Source of the DNA: Chrysomallon squamiferum
Lineage: Eukaryota > Animalia > Mollusca
Direction: 5' to 3'
Length of the DNA: 64,000 nucleotides
Assembly: GCA_012295275.1 (NCBI GenBank)
Contig: CM022672.1
Location: 22,692,001 to 22,756,000, forward strand
Below, piece after piece: positions 54,113 through 64,000 of the stretch. The notes beneath the pieces are model-generated. The model saw nothing but the letters and a program-made list of their open reading frames with translations. It was not told where the DNA came from and did not search any database. Position 1 is the first letter of the stretch. Each line of letters opens with the position of its first letter. Position numbers and translations under genes: made by a program.

Positions 54113-57100
54113 TATGTATGTATATATATATATCAGAATAATCATCAATGTAACCTCATAAGTCTTTAAAATATTTTGTAAATTCATCAAGAGGTCATTC
54201 AGTTTTAGGAGCATGTATTATTACATTACATTATTTATAAAATAGTAAATTATGAAAGAACATATTTACACTTAATAGAAAACCTTAAAATTAAGAGAAA
54301 GAGAGTTTAAGTTTAACAGTAAAATAATTAACTTGTGAACTACTAGGTTGTTGCTACTTTTACATTGACAGCTTTATTTCGACAACTCGGTGATGTAATG
54401 GACATTCTAAGGTAAATGTAGTAACAACATAGTAGTTTCATCTGATGACAAGTTACTTTGATTAGTTTTGTGAAATATAAATTTCTAGATAATAAAAGTT
54501 AAGGACCATGGAAGTTTGATATTTTATGCAATTTTTGAAAAGCTATTTCATCTCGCATTTATTTGTGGATAGGCATGTCCTTTATTTTAAACTTTATTTT
54601 TCCCAAATTTCTATATCGTTATTAATTTGTTAATTTATTTTTTCATTGTTCTAATTATTCAGACTACAGTAAAATTAAAAAGTTTGATATTAGATTATAA
54701 ATGGCCATTTTTTAAATATCACTAAATTATATTCTCTTTTAATGTCTGATATTTATGTTTACCAGATGAAATCAACTGTATCACCTGCAGTCTGAAGATG
54801 GTGATTTTCAAAATGGTGCTAAATGGTAAATGGGCATATATATATTTGATTTAGTAAATTACCTTTCTTGGTAATAGTAAATAATCAAGAATGTCTAAAT
54901 GAAACACAAATCTTTATATTATCACTATGTCTGTTATTCAAGTCTATTATTATCATTTTTTGGTAGGTAATATGACATTTTTCTTGTAATATATTGTTGT
55001 TGTTATTTGTTTATTATTTTAGATATCAAATGTTAAATAATCAAAGCATGAACTGTCAAGAGACTGATAAAGAGTTTAGCTGTTAACTAAGGTATATACT
55101 GTACATTCTTTCTAACTTCAGTTAGTTGTTTTCTTTCTTGGATGAAGATTGACATAATGTGAAAACAAAATAATAATAAAAAGAAATAATAATAATATGA
55201 TGTTTTCTGATATTCCATATATTTGAATTACTGGTCTATATTTAGTCTGTTAGTTGTTTTAACCTTCATTAAGCGGTACTAATTTATTTTATTTTCATAA
55301 AATTATTATTATTATTCTTTAGAAAAGAATTTTGTTTAAAATTATAAAAATACATATGACTGTTTTATTACTTTCTGTCACATGTATTCATTCTAAAACC
55401 TTGTTCATATTTAACATGAGAAGACAGAACATTTTTAATCTGTTGTCTAGTTATTTTCAAAATCCAGTAAAATTCGCTTTAATTGCACAAATAAAACCAG
55501 AAGAAAATAACAATAATACAAAAATGAGAGAAAAAGAGAAACAATTTTATTTATATTTATTTTGTTTATATAGGAACTGCCCTTCATTGTGCTCATTCCA
55601 CAAGTGTAATAACCAACAAACTAGAGAAATGACTGACACTGAGAAACCATTGGAGGAACATCAACTCGCACAACAGACTATGAAAATTTAAAGGCTATGA
55701 ATCACTGTTTTGTCACTGATCAGTAACTGTTAATAAAAACACACCATCATTTTAAACAAGTGTAATATTTTTGCTTTTTGAAACTGATCTTATTATTAGG
55801 AAAATTGATGAACCTGCGCTATTAATATTCTTTCTTTTATACGAACACATCTGGCTTAAAATTAAATCAGTCAATGGATTTTTCTTGATACTGTATTAAT
55901 AATGTAAAAACTAAAATTCTTATCAGCATAAGTAACAATAAATTTAATTATTCCTATGTAACTACCACCAATGTTGTTATAATTATTAAAAGAGGAACTA
56001 TGTTACCCTATTACAGTTAATTAAAATGGACAGATAATAATATTATTCTGAATGTTTTTTTAATAAAAATAATTGGTTGTATAACAATCATTTTGATTAA
56101 AAAAATTATAATAATGAAATCCAAAAAAAATTAAACCTACATAACATCATTGCTCAATTCAAATGGACTAAATTTGGATCATTGAAAAATAAAATGTAAG
56201 TGAATATCAAGAATAAAATTAATTACTTGTCATACCTTAGCATGACACTACTGGACCTAGTTTAAGCAAGTATGGAAACTTAACAGCCAGGAGTCACTGT
56301 TTGTCACTGAACTGTAAAGTAAATAATATTGTATTATAAATTAATATTGTTTTTTCTTCTACACATAAATAAAAATACACCATCATTTTAAACAAGCATA
56401 ATATGTTTGCTTTTTGAAACTGATCTTGTTAAATCTCTCCGTTAGAATGCTACAGATTTAACTTGTAATCTTTATCTTACTAACCATTTTTAATTTTATT
56501 TAAAAAAAAAAAAAAATGGATCACATGCTGGAAAAAAATTCACGAAAAAGACTGGGGTTAGAAATCTAAAAATACAGAAAGTCTTTCAGAGCATACAGTT
56601 TATATTTGCACATTTACCAGTGACATAACAGGTATTTTTTTCTTCATCTGCTACTATCAAATGCTGCAACAAAAAAACACAAATAAGCAGTGAAACTGTG
56701 AATAATGACATCAACATTCAATATGCCTGTTTCTTTTATTTTTTTATCTAGATCTACTTCCACATATTCATTTGTTTTTAGGTTTATTGAACCATAATGA
56801 ACCAATGAGAACAACAACTTGGGGGTTTATGTGTCATTGCTACCATTTGATCAAAATAGTTTACACTGTTGAACTTTGAGTTTGTTCCAACCAATAATTA
56901 TAGGAGGTTGAAAAGCTCAGATATTAACATACTAATGCCTATGATGATGATTCAAACCTTATTTATCAGGTATAATTTCAGAAATCACTTAATAATACAG
57001 GAACAAATATTTAGAAGCTATGGAAATAAGTAAAAGGAATATTAAGGCATCATTTACAGTGGTTTTGCCCTTAACAATAACAACAATTCATGCATTTCTA

Positions 57101-58269
57101 GAGTCCTTTAACATGTAGGGGCACCAGGATTGTGAAGCTCTCCATAAGGCCTGAATGTGTTGAAAATAATTATTTTTCTCCAGTTAGGCAGATACATTTT
57201 TGTTCAAAGGAGCTAGCAATGTGTACCATAACAAATTGCAATATTTCATCTTTCCAATGCAGTATGTTTTGTTTTTAATGTTATTAAATTTAAAGTACAA
57301 AGAAATGCCCACGTGCGCGCTTGCACACACACACACATGTACATATGTATATTTATATATTAATCAGGCCAAAGTAAATGAAAACAAAGGAAAATATTTT
57401 GTCATGACATAATACAACTGTCCACCTATCGAAAGTAATTCAGATGTCAATATCAAATGGTTTCATGTGGAAACTGGATAATACTCAAAAACGTGATAAT
57501 GCCCTTCAGAAATAACAACTGCAACATACTTAGCTTTATAGGCATATTGTTTTGTCTGAATAGGCTGGTGAAATTATTTATATCTTGCCCTCCGAGTGAG
57601 TCTGTCATTTGACTTGTGACCGCCCCCCACCCCGACCAACTATGTGGTTTTACACAGGTCTTTTATATATATATATATATAATGGTCTGAGTATAAAAAC
57701 TGTATTTCATGTACATTAATTTACTGTTGTGTGCAAAGGTTGCAACAGTGGCCTTGACCTGTCAGACCTGCAGATACTTGGTTCAGTTACAGGAAGCACT
57801 TTGACGGACCTGTAGTGATTCGGCAAGAAGCATTGTAACTCACGAGCGCATCGAAACTGATATTTTTTCCATCTCAGACAATAATTACATGTTTTCACTT
57901 ACCGTCTGACATTTTACTTCGGTAAATTTGTGTTAAACAGCTGATGACATTTGATAAACATTTTAGTTTATTCAACAATGCCTGAGCTGACATAATTTTG
58001 AGTCATTCCTTATCAAATTACCCACTGGGCAGTTTCGATGGTATCGATTTGTTAGGTAGTCTCGACTTGACATAACTACCACAGATCTTAAATATTTAGT
58101 TCAGTCGGATCAGTAGTTATGGAGATATGAGCTCTAAAATTGTGGCTTTTTGTCACAAATTGGGCGTGACCACACCTTTTTAGACCCTGATATCTTGGTA
58201 ATCTGTGAATTAATGAAACTGGTGTCATTGAAAGCTAATTTGATAAGGATTCTATATCTCGTATTATTT

Positions 58270-59125
58270 CCTTGATAGGGTCATTTTATTGTCAGACCGC
58301 ATCCTCCCACCAAACAAAAAAACAACAAAAAAAAAAAGTTAAATTTTAACCTCACCATCTTTGATTTTACTGAAATTTGGTATGTAGTTTGGACTTAACA
58401 TAAATACCTGAAACCTCAAATATTAATTGCAAAACATTTCTATATATTAGTGTTTTCCCTTTGCGGGAATAGAAGGACGGCTAGCCCTTTCCCTTTTGGG
58501 GACCGTCTTTGTTGCCCGAAATTCAGAAAATATTCCCGGTCGCTTGTGAAAATTCTCAGTAAAACGTGCCAATTTTTATTGCGATATTTCCTCAAATCCG
58601 TCAAACAAACGACATTTTTTAGCCGCTAATAAACAAATATATTCGGCACTTTTCAGCACCAATAAACCAATACAAACGGCACTATGTAACGCTTATAAAC
58701 AAAAACTGCCGACACTTTTCAGCTCTAATAAACAAATACAAACAAAACCTTTTAGCGCCAATAAACAAATACGAGTCTTACAAGTGTCAAAATGGGTATT
58801 TTTTAAAGTGTTTTTAACTACCAAGTTACATATATTACACCAGAGAAATGTTGTTGTTTTTTTTTTTGTTTTTTTTTATGTTGCAGGTAATATCTTGATT
58901 TTGACTTGATGCCACTTCAAGGTTATCTGGAGCACAAGGTCGAACTCAAGGTCAAACAAAAGATTAGCACAATTTTAGCTTGTACCTAATATTTGAGATC
59001 TGATATTTAGGCTGTTTATGTCAATTCCAAACTTCATAGCAAATTTTAGAAAAATCGAAAATGGTGAGGTTAAAATTTCACTTTTGGGGGGGTGATTTGC
59101 TAACAAAATGACACTTTTCGGATAG
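58270..59125. mobile_element. Foldback/MITE-like element with ~90-bp inverted repeats and internal ~33-bp tandem repeats, in the locus 6 intron
   Basis: 58338-58425 is the inverted complement of 58988-59081. Units CACTTTTCAGC.CCAATAAACAAATAC at 58620-58770. Confidence 0.65.
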
Positions 59126-59237
59126 TGAAGCCAATAATTCATGGAATAGGGCAAATATTTCCAAAAACAAAAGAAACAGAAAGAAAAGAAAAGATGATAA
59201 TAAGAATAAGAATAAGAATAAGAATAAGAATAATACA

Positions 59238-59272
<35 letters not shown>

Positions 59273-59411
59273 AATACTATTACTTCTAGTAAGTAAAAGA
59301 TCTGTATCTTAGAGAAAATGTTTCTGAAATGTTTGGTGTCAGTACCTATATGCCTACGTATCACCACTGACGTCTTACCAGCTGAGAGAAATCATGCCAC
59401 ATTATACTAAC

Positions 59412-59820
59412 CTTATTTTCTTCAAGTTCCAAAACAGCTTCGAAAAGCGCTTCTGCATTTGGAAAATCAGAACCATCTTTGCTTTTCCGATTATCAATGG
59501 CCTTTTGAATAAGTTCAATAGAGTATCCCATTTCCAAAACTGCCTGCATTGCTGGGCTGTAGGCGTAATTACTGCTTGAACTGTCGGTGGTTGTCGTTGC
59601 GTGAGCCACAACGTTGTTCGCAGGTTTTACAAAACAGCTGTTGTCGGCTTCATCGCATCTCTTTTCAACAACATTCGTTTCATTTTCAGTCATTTTCTTT
59701 ATTTCGTCCATATCCAGTTTGGTTAGTAAATTCAGAGTTCGATAGCCCTATTTCTTTCTGGACTACTGGCGGAAAATCATCATCTACCCAATCGCGCAAA
59801 ATTAGTCTACAATGAAAACG
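59412..59820 (-). pseudogene. 5'-truncated IAP copy: end of BIR2 (frameshifted) plus UBA (locus 6)
   Basis: FHCRLILRDWVDDDFPP remnant at ~59765-59820, then the open UBA ORF MDEIKK..AMQAVLEMGYSIEL..EENK with a donor at 59412/59411. Homology ends abruptly at 59820. Confidence 0.8.
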
Positions 59821-60720
59821 CCCTGTCTAGAAAATCTTAAATGCGCTAAAATCCCCCCTTTACGCACGTTCGCAAGTTTAAAAATAGGTATCTACAGTTT
59901 TCTGCACCAATCAGATTCAGCTTTAATCCACGAGCCGGAAACGTGACCATTATTATCGACCCCTCCGCTATAGCCCGAGTTACTCAGAAGATAAGGAGGC
60001 CAGGGCGTCAGATGTTGGTTTTTTTCCATATGCGCATGCGCACTTGCAAGTCATGAAGTGTAAATAACCAGTTCACAGCGCATGCGCAGATGTTTACAAT
60101 GTGCCACAAACACGTGTTCGCGTAAAATTTATTCAAACGGAGGTTAGGCGAGAGGATCTGATTAGCCCTTTTAGAATCTAAGTATACATTTTGGTTATTT
60201 TAATCAACTTCTTTTGTTGAACTATTAGTATCTTGAGAGTAATAAAAATCACAAAACAAGTGTCGCATATCTCCAAGTTTCTTGAAAAATAAATCCAGGC
60301 CTTAATAGTAGCTCAATCTACAAATCTAGAGACCTAAAACATATTAAATATTTGTAATTTTTTAAATGTTAAAATAGAAGTACACTATTCTAGTATTGAA
60401 GATTCTCATAGCTTACCAAATATTTTGTGGGGTATTATGGGGATAATTTTACTGTGTGCCAGATTTTGCCGTGATCTTTAAAACTGACAGGGTGACATTG
60501 TATTTGCATTATGCTCGGTTTCATAATGATAGGACACAGGAACACTTTTCCTGGGCCACTCTGTAGTTCAGAAACTAGTACAAATAGATGGGGCTAAGTT
60601 CATCTTGGATTATAATACCTTACATTAAAATAAACCTTATACCATAATTCATATATGGCGCCACCTATTGGTACATTGTGTCCATCAAACTACAGGGTAG
60701 CCCAGTGAAAGTGTCCCTGA
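59821..60720. mobile_element. Transposon-derived block truncating locus 6; includes Tc1-like inverted repeats at 60536-60567 and 60689-60719
   Basis: Abrupt loss of IAP homology at 59820. CAGGAACACTTTTCCTGGGCCACTCTGTAGT pairs with ACTACAGGGTAGCCCAGTGAAAGTGTCCCTG. Confidence 0.5.
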
Positions 60721-61672
60721 CTCTGTGCTTCACCTGTTGTGCTTGGAACACTTCAGCTGCAAGACAGTTAGTGAGCTCCCATTAGGAACATTTCTTGCAT
60801 GCAGAGAATTTCTACTTCACATTCTTTTCTTTGTGTGTTACAGTCACCTTTCTCGACCGTTTTACATTTTGAGGAGCACAATCGACACACATTACAGATT
60901 GACCCAATAAAAGTCGGTTTTACAATGTGCCACAAACTGGGGTTCGCTTAAGCAAAATTTATTCAATAATAATACAGCCATAGGCCTAGTCCTTGAATAA
61001 TTCATTAGCAAATCATTCCCCTTTAAAGATAAAATATAAAGGGCCTACGTGACAGAGGATTAGCCAATCGGATACACGTCAGAGGAAATCGATGACCATA
61101 AAGAGATCGATCTATCCGAGGCGATAAACCTAAACACCAAACGCTAACAATATATAACTTGACATTAGATCCTTGAAGTGTTTTGATACCTACCGATGAA
61201 ATAACTTTATTCGATGGGTTTTCCTTCGAAGCACAAGACCAATCAATGATGAACTTGTTCGTCCACTTTAGAATAATGCACTGGTTAATGACAATATTCA
61301 GTACGTGTTAAGGAGCAAGTGTGCATGCGCGAATAGCAAACCGTTTTAACTCTCAACTAAAAATAGTTTACGGATAGCAAGGCTACCTTATCTAGCCGAT
61401 AATTCACGGAAATAGCCGAATATCCAGCGCGAAAGTGGAGCTTTCCACAGGTATACAGAAGCCTACACAATAAAAATACGTTTTTCAACACTCTTGTCAT
61501 TTTATTTCTTTTGTTATGGTCAGTGAATGCAGAATTTATGGAAAAGTCGCTCCTTTGTTGATAGGTGAGACCAGGGCTCAGTGGATCAAGGGGCACAGTG
61601 AATCTGTCTATTTTTTAGAGAAACTGATACTTTGTAATAACAAGATGATGTCATCAGTTTATAGCTCTCGGC

Positions 61673-62020
61673 CAGTGATTCTCAACCAGTGTGCCGCGGC
61701 ACACAGATGTGGATGTGCCGCGAGATCTTACTAACTGTGCCGCGATATTTTGAACGACACACTAAGAAGCCAGCTATTTGACTGATGAAATTCGAAACAC
61801 TGCAATGAAGTGAGTTCATAACTGTGTTTTTCTTTATTTAGTTTGAGTCATTCTATGTGTCTATGACTAGTCTGTGTCTACAGTTGGAGGCCGTCCATGA
61901 CTTGCCATGTTTTTATTTTGCAAAATTCAAATATTGTTCATATATATTTAGCCAGCTGTGCCGCTATTTTTTCATGTGTTCCAAGGGGTGCCGTTGGCAA
62001 AAAAAGGTTGAGTACCACTG
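61673..62020. mobile_element. hAT-Charlie-like MITE with 8-bp TSD
   Basis: TIRs CAGTGATTCTCAACC / GGTTGAGTACCACTG (13/15). TSD CTCTCGGC / CTCTAGGC. Confidence 0.85.
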
Positions 62021-62824
62021 CTCTAGGCAATCCCCAACTGAATTCGTGCAAGATTCAAAACCAGATATCACAATTACAAGGTAAAGTATGTTTTTCACTA
62101 CGTAAAGTAAAATTTGCATGCTCTGTTGCTTTTGTCATTTAGTATAGATCATCCAGCAATAAGTAACCAAGCATTTGTTTGTAATGATGGAGCTGTTTCA
62201 TGCACGTGCTCTGTCTACTGCAGGCAGACCTTTTTAAAACAATGTCACAAGAGGGCATTAAGTGTATTTGGGGTACAGTGGCTCACTTTGACAAGTGATT
62301 CACTGTGCCTCGGAAAATGTTCAAAAATTTATTATTTATTAACCTACTTTTATTTTCCTGAACGTAATTATTTTGTATTCTTAATATACCCTCTTAATTA
62401 GCAGTTTTTATTTTATCATTGCTATCTTTGTTATCAACAACATCTTTTTAAGCACAGTTATTTTGGTATTTATCAAATTTTCATTTTTAAGAATAAATAC
62501 AATGTTTGTGAACATTAAATTGGAATATGGAGTCTATTTTTAACATTTGATTTACTGTGCGCCGGCACCAGTCCACAATGAATAATTTTTTTTTTTTTAA
62601 TTTTTTTTTTTTAATTTCTATTCAGAAAAAAAATGGTGGCAATTGTCAGGTTATAAGTAAACATATTTTATAGAGGTGGAGTTTTTCTGTCATTTCCACC
62701 ATCAACATTAAGCTTGCTGACTTCAACATAGAAATAATAGTGAACAGAAGATTTCCGATCCACGTTCGCCGGTTTACCATAAATTCCATAATAGTATCAG
62801 TCGTTTAATTATAGTAACATAATT

Positions 62825-62834
62825 CGGAATTCCC
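62825..62834. promoter_or_regulatory. NF-kB/Rel-like site upstream of locus 7
   Basis: CGGAATTCCC ~140 bp upstream of the ATG, in context homologous to loci A and 5. Confidence 0.55.
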
Positions 62835-62974
62835 ACTGTTTATTTTTATCACCGGAAGAAAATTCTGACGAATGGGATCTACGGATCTTTACAATCTGTA
62901 TTCTGCAAAAGTGTAGCGGACGCCATTAACACTCGCTAACAACACGAAGAAAATAGTTTCTCGAAATTAACAAA

Positions 62975-63724
62975 ATGTCTTCTTTAATCACATCTGATAT
63001 TGAAACTGATTCAGTAGCAGTGAATTCAGACCCAACTGTACTTTTTAACAACAACAGTAATTCTGGGAATCGTCTCCAAGAAGCTGAAATGTTAAGTAAA
63101 AGATTACTGACTTTCAAAAATTACAAAGGCAAGAAAAGTCCTCTGCAACTGGCAATGGCTGGGTTTGTGTACACAGGTACCTCTGATAAGGTTGTTTGCG
63201 AATCCTGTGGTATCAGGTTGTTTAATTGGATTGGAAACGAGGACCCTTTGCAAGAACACAGAAAACATACATCTGGTTGTAGTTTTATTAGAGCAAAATT
63301 CAGCGGAGATTCAGAATATAATAAATCGGATTCTACTTCTAGTAGTATTCCAAAATACAGGGAATACGAGAGCTGTGATAAAAGATTGGAAAGCTTCATT
63401 GGATGGCCGCTCGTATCGCCCTTGCAGAAGCCCAGTATTTTGGCTCGTTCTGGATTTTTCTACATGGGATCGGCGGATCGCGCAAGATGTTTTCATTGTG
63501 GACTAACTTTGCTCAATTGGGATGATGATGATTTTCCGCCAGATGTTCACAAAGAATGGGCTACGAACTGTGAATTCGCAAACAAACTGGACATTGATGA
63601 AATAAGGAAAATGGTTGAAGTTGAGAAATCGGACATGGACTCGAAAAAGAAAAAGAATGTTGTTGAAAAGAGTTGTGATAAAGCCGAAACCGACAACCAG
63701 TTCCAGGCAGTTTTGGAAACCTGA
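62975..63724 (+). CDS. IAP/BIRC-family protein, BIR-BIR; ORF stops at the start of the first UBA (locus 7, inverted relative to the others)
   Basis: Close paralog of 11854-12792 with both BIR C-x2-C-x16-H-x6-C motifs intact. The ORF ends QAVLET*. Confidence 0.88.
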   Translation: MSSLITSDIETDSVAVNSDPTVLFNNNSNSGNRLQEAEMLSKRLLTFKNYKGKKSPLQLAMAGFVYTGTSDKVVCESCGIRLFNWIGNEDPLQEHRKHTSGCSFIRAKFSGDSEYNKSDSTSSSIPKYREYESCDKRLESFIGWPLVSPLQKPSILARSGFFYMGSADRARCFHCGLTLLNWDDDDFPPDVHKEWATNCEFANKLDIDEIRKMVEVEKSDMDSKKKKNVVEKSCDKAETDNQFQAVLET

Positions 63725-64000
63725 ACTTAACAAAAGCTGGCTCTGATTTTCCAGATGCAGAAACGCTTTTCAAACTTGAAGACAACTCTTCTTGGAATAT
63801 GCATTAAATCACGCCTGAAAATATTTGAAGCTGAGAAATCGAAGATGGATTCAAAAATTGTTGTTAAAAAGAGTTGTGATAAAGCCCAACAGTAGTTCAG
63901 CCCAGGTCCAGGCAGTTTTGGAAATGGGATACTGTATTGAACTCATTGAAAAGGCCATTGATGATCGGAAAAGAAAAGTTGGTTCTGATTTTCCAGATGC
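63725..64000 (+). pseudogene. Frame-disrupted continuation of locus 7: deleted UBA1, linker, and UBA2 running off the window
   Basis: Fragments GSDFPDAETLFK, FEAEKSKMDSK and QAVLEMGYCIELIEKAIDDRKRKVGSDFPD, separated by many small deletions. Could be a consensus artefact. Confidence 0.75.

Noticed and set aside
59821-60492. CCCTGTC...GACAGGG as the ends of a piggyBac-like element
   Set aside because: Only 7 bp match and there is no TTAA target duplication.

Overview
AT-rich animal genomic DNA with many (AAT)n, (CA)n and (TA)n microsatellites and a 200-N scaffold gap at 17776-17975. It is probably molluscan, inferred from the repeat content and the IAP expansion. The window holds a tandem cluster of seven inhibitor-of-apoptosis (IAP/BIRC) derived loci, each retaining a different domain subset. 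These are: an intact BIR-BIR-UBA ORF (11854-12792, -); an inverted BIR-BIR-(broken UBA)-UBA copy (62975-end, +); three BIR-less tandem-UBA ORFs (991-1548, 19649-20206, 32866-33423, -) created by a deletion joining the 5' leader to the end of BIR2; and two damaged BIR-remnant+UBA copies (48293-48895, 59412-59820, -). No copy visibly retains a functional RING: exon 2 opens Asp-stop ahead of a decayed RING-like relic, or a small insertion adds a stop just after the UBA. The UBA-only genes lie in a ~13-kb segmental duplication that also carries LINE fragments and degenerate exons of a polycystin-2-like gene on the opposite strand. Several MITEs and transposase relics are present. All family assignments come from motif recognition by eye; no searches were run.
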